A stretch of DNA of 64,000 nucleotides from NCBI RefSeq assembly GCF_018977255.1, contig NW_024704743.1, forward strand, positions 7,566,001 through 7,630,000, given 5' to 3'. Made by a program: the position numbers and the translations under genes. Under the pieces are notes generated by a model. It saw nothing but the letters and a program-made list of their open reading frames with translations. It was not told the origin of the DNA and made no database searches. Of the stretch, positions 63,398 through 64,000 are shown one piece after another (the first letter of the stretch is position 1; every line of letters begins with the position of its first letter). The stretch comes from Callorhinchus milii (taxonomy: Eukaryota).

Positions 63398-64000
63398 TGT
63401 TTTAGTTAGTGTTAATTTGAGGCAATGTGGCATTGAACAAAGTCTAACACATACTGTAGTACCTTTATCATTGTCAATGAAATATCTTACAACTCTTCAC
63501 TGAAGTTTTTGGACTGAATTTATAGACAAATGCGACAGCCAATTTGCACATGGCAATGTCCCACAAACAGTCATGAAGTGAATCACAAATTTTATCTGGG
63601 GGGGATTGTTGGCCAGAACACTGAGAGAAACTCCCTTGATATAAATTACGTGCAGAATAAAAGTCCCACTACACAGCCAAACAGTTGAATTCAAAGGTCA
63701 CTTTTGACTAGGGATGGTTTAGAGTTCAATCTAGAATGAGTGAGAAAAGGTGACATTAAAAAGGGGGTATTGTCCCATACTTATACGTGCAATATGTGCA
63801 GTGCCATTTTTTATAGCCCAGTGTGATAAACAAGAAGCTGTTTTATCAAGTTGATCTGAACTCTGCTATCTCAGGGGGAATGGGTCTTGCAGTCCAACTC
63901 GATGTAATAATAATAATCCTTGCATTTGATATAGTGCCTTATCACATCTTCGAGACGTCTCAAAATAACTCTGGAGTTTCCACTCTGGGAGATAATCAAG

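Noticed and set aside
1..64000. Excess of minus-strand retroposons as evidence for a plus-strand host intron
   Set aside because: The bias is mild by eye and was not counted rigorously, so it is insufficient to infer a host gene.

Overview
Non-coding, transposon-rich vertebrate DNA. The repeat families suggest a cartilaginous fish, probably a holocephalan such as elephant shark (inference). I found no credible host protein-coding exon, tRNA, rRNA or CRISPR array; the ORF track is explained by LINE remnants, SINE antisense frames, a minisatellite and chance ORFs. Contents: (i) dozens of tRNA-headed SINEs with L2-type tails, including a young (TTA)n-tailed family with Nin-like and Deu-like domains in two structural subfamilies, and an older SacSINE1/AmnSINE1-like DeuSINE; (ii) 5'-truncated L2 and CR1 LINEs, often nested; (iii) a solo LTR with a 4-bp TSD that splits one SINE and contains another; (iv) an inverted pair of Penelope-like terminal repeats with a decayed hammerhead-ribozyme core, split by an L2; (v) AmnSINE2-like relics, MITE/fold-back elements and an unclassified dispersed repeat; (vi) a ~760-bp GATA/E-box minisatellite with higher-order structure; (vii) local repair scars (two perfect hairpins, two templated duplications); (viii) repeat-free islands that look like enhancers or conserved non-coding elements. 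Family names are assigned from recalled consensus sequences, not from a search. I see no clearly novel gene system. The most interesting signals are the apparent SINE/L2 tail switch with ~60-nt hairpin stubs, the ribozyme remnant and the repair scars.
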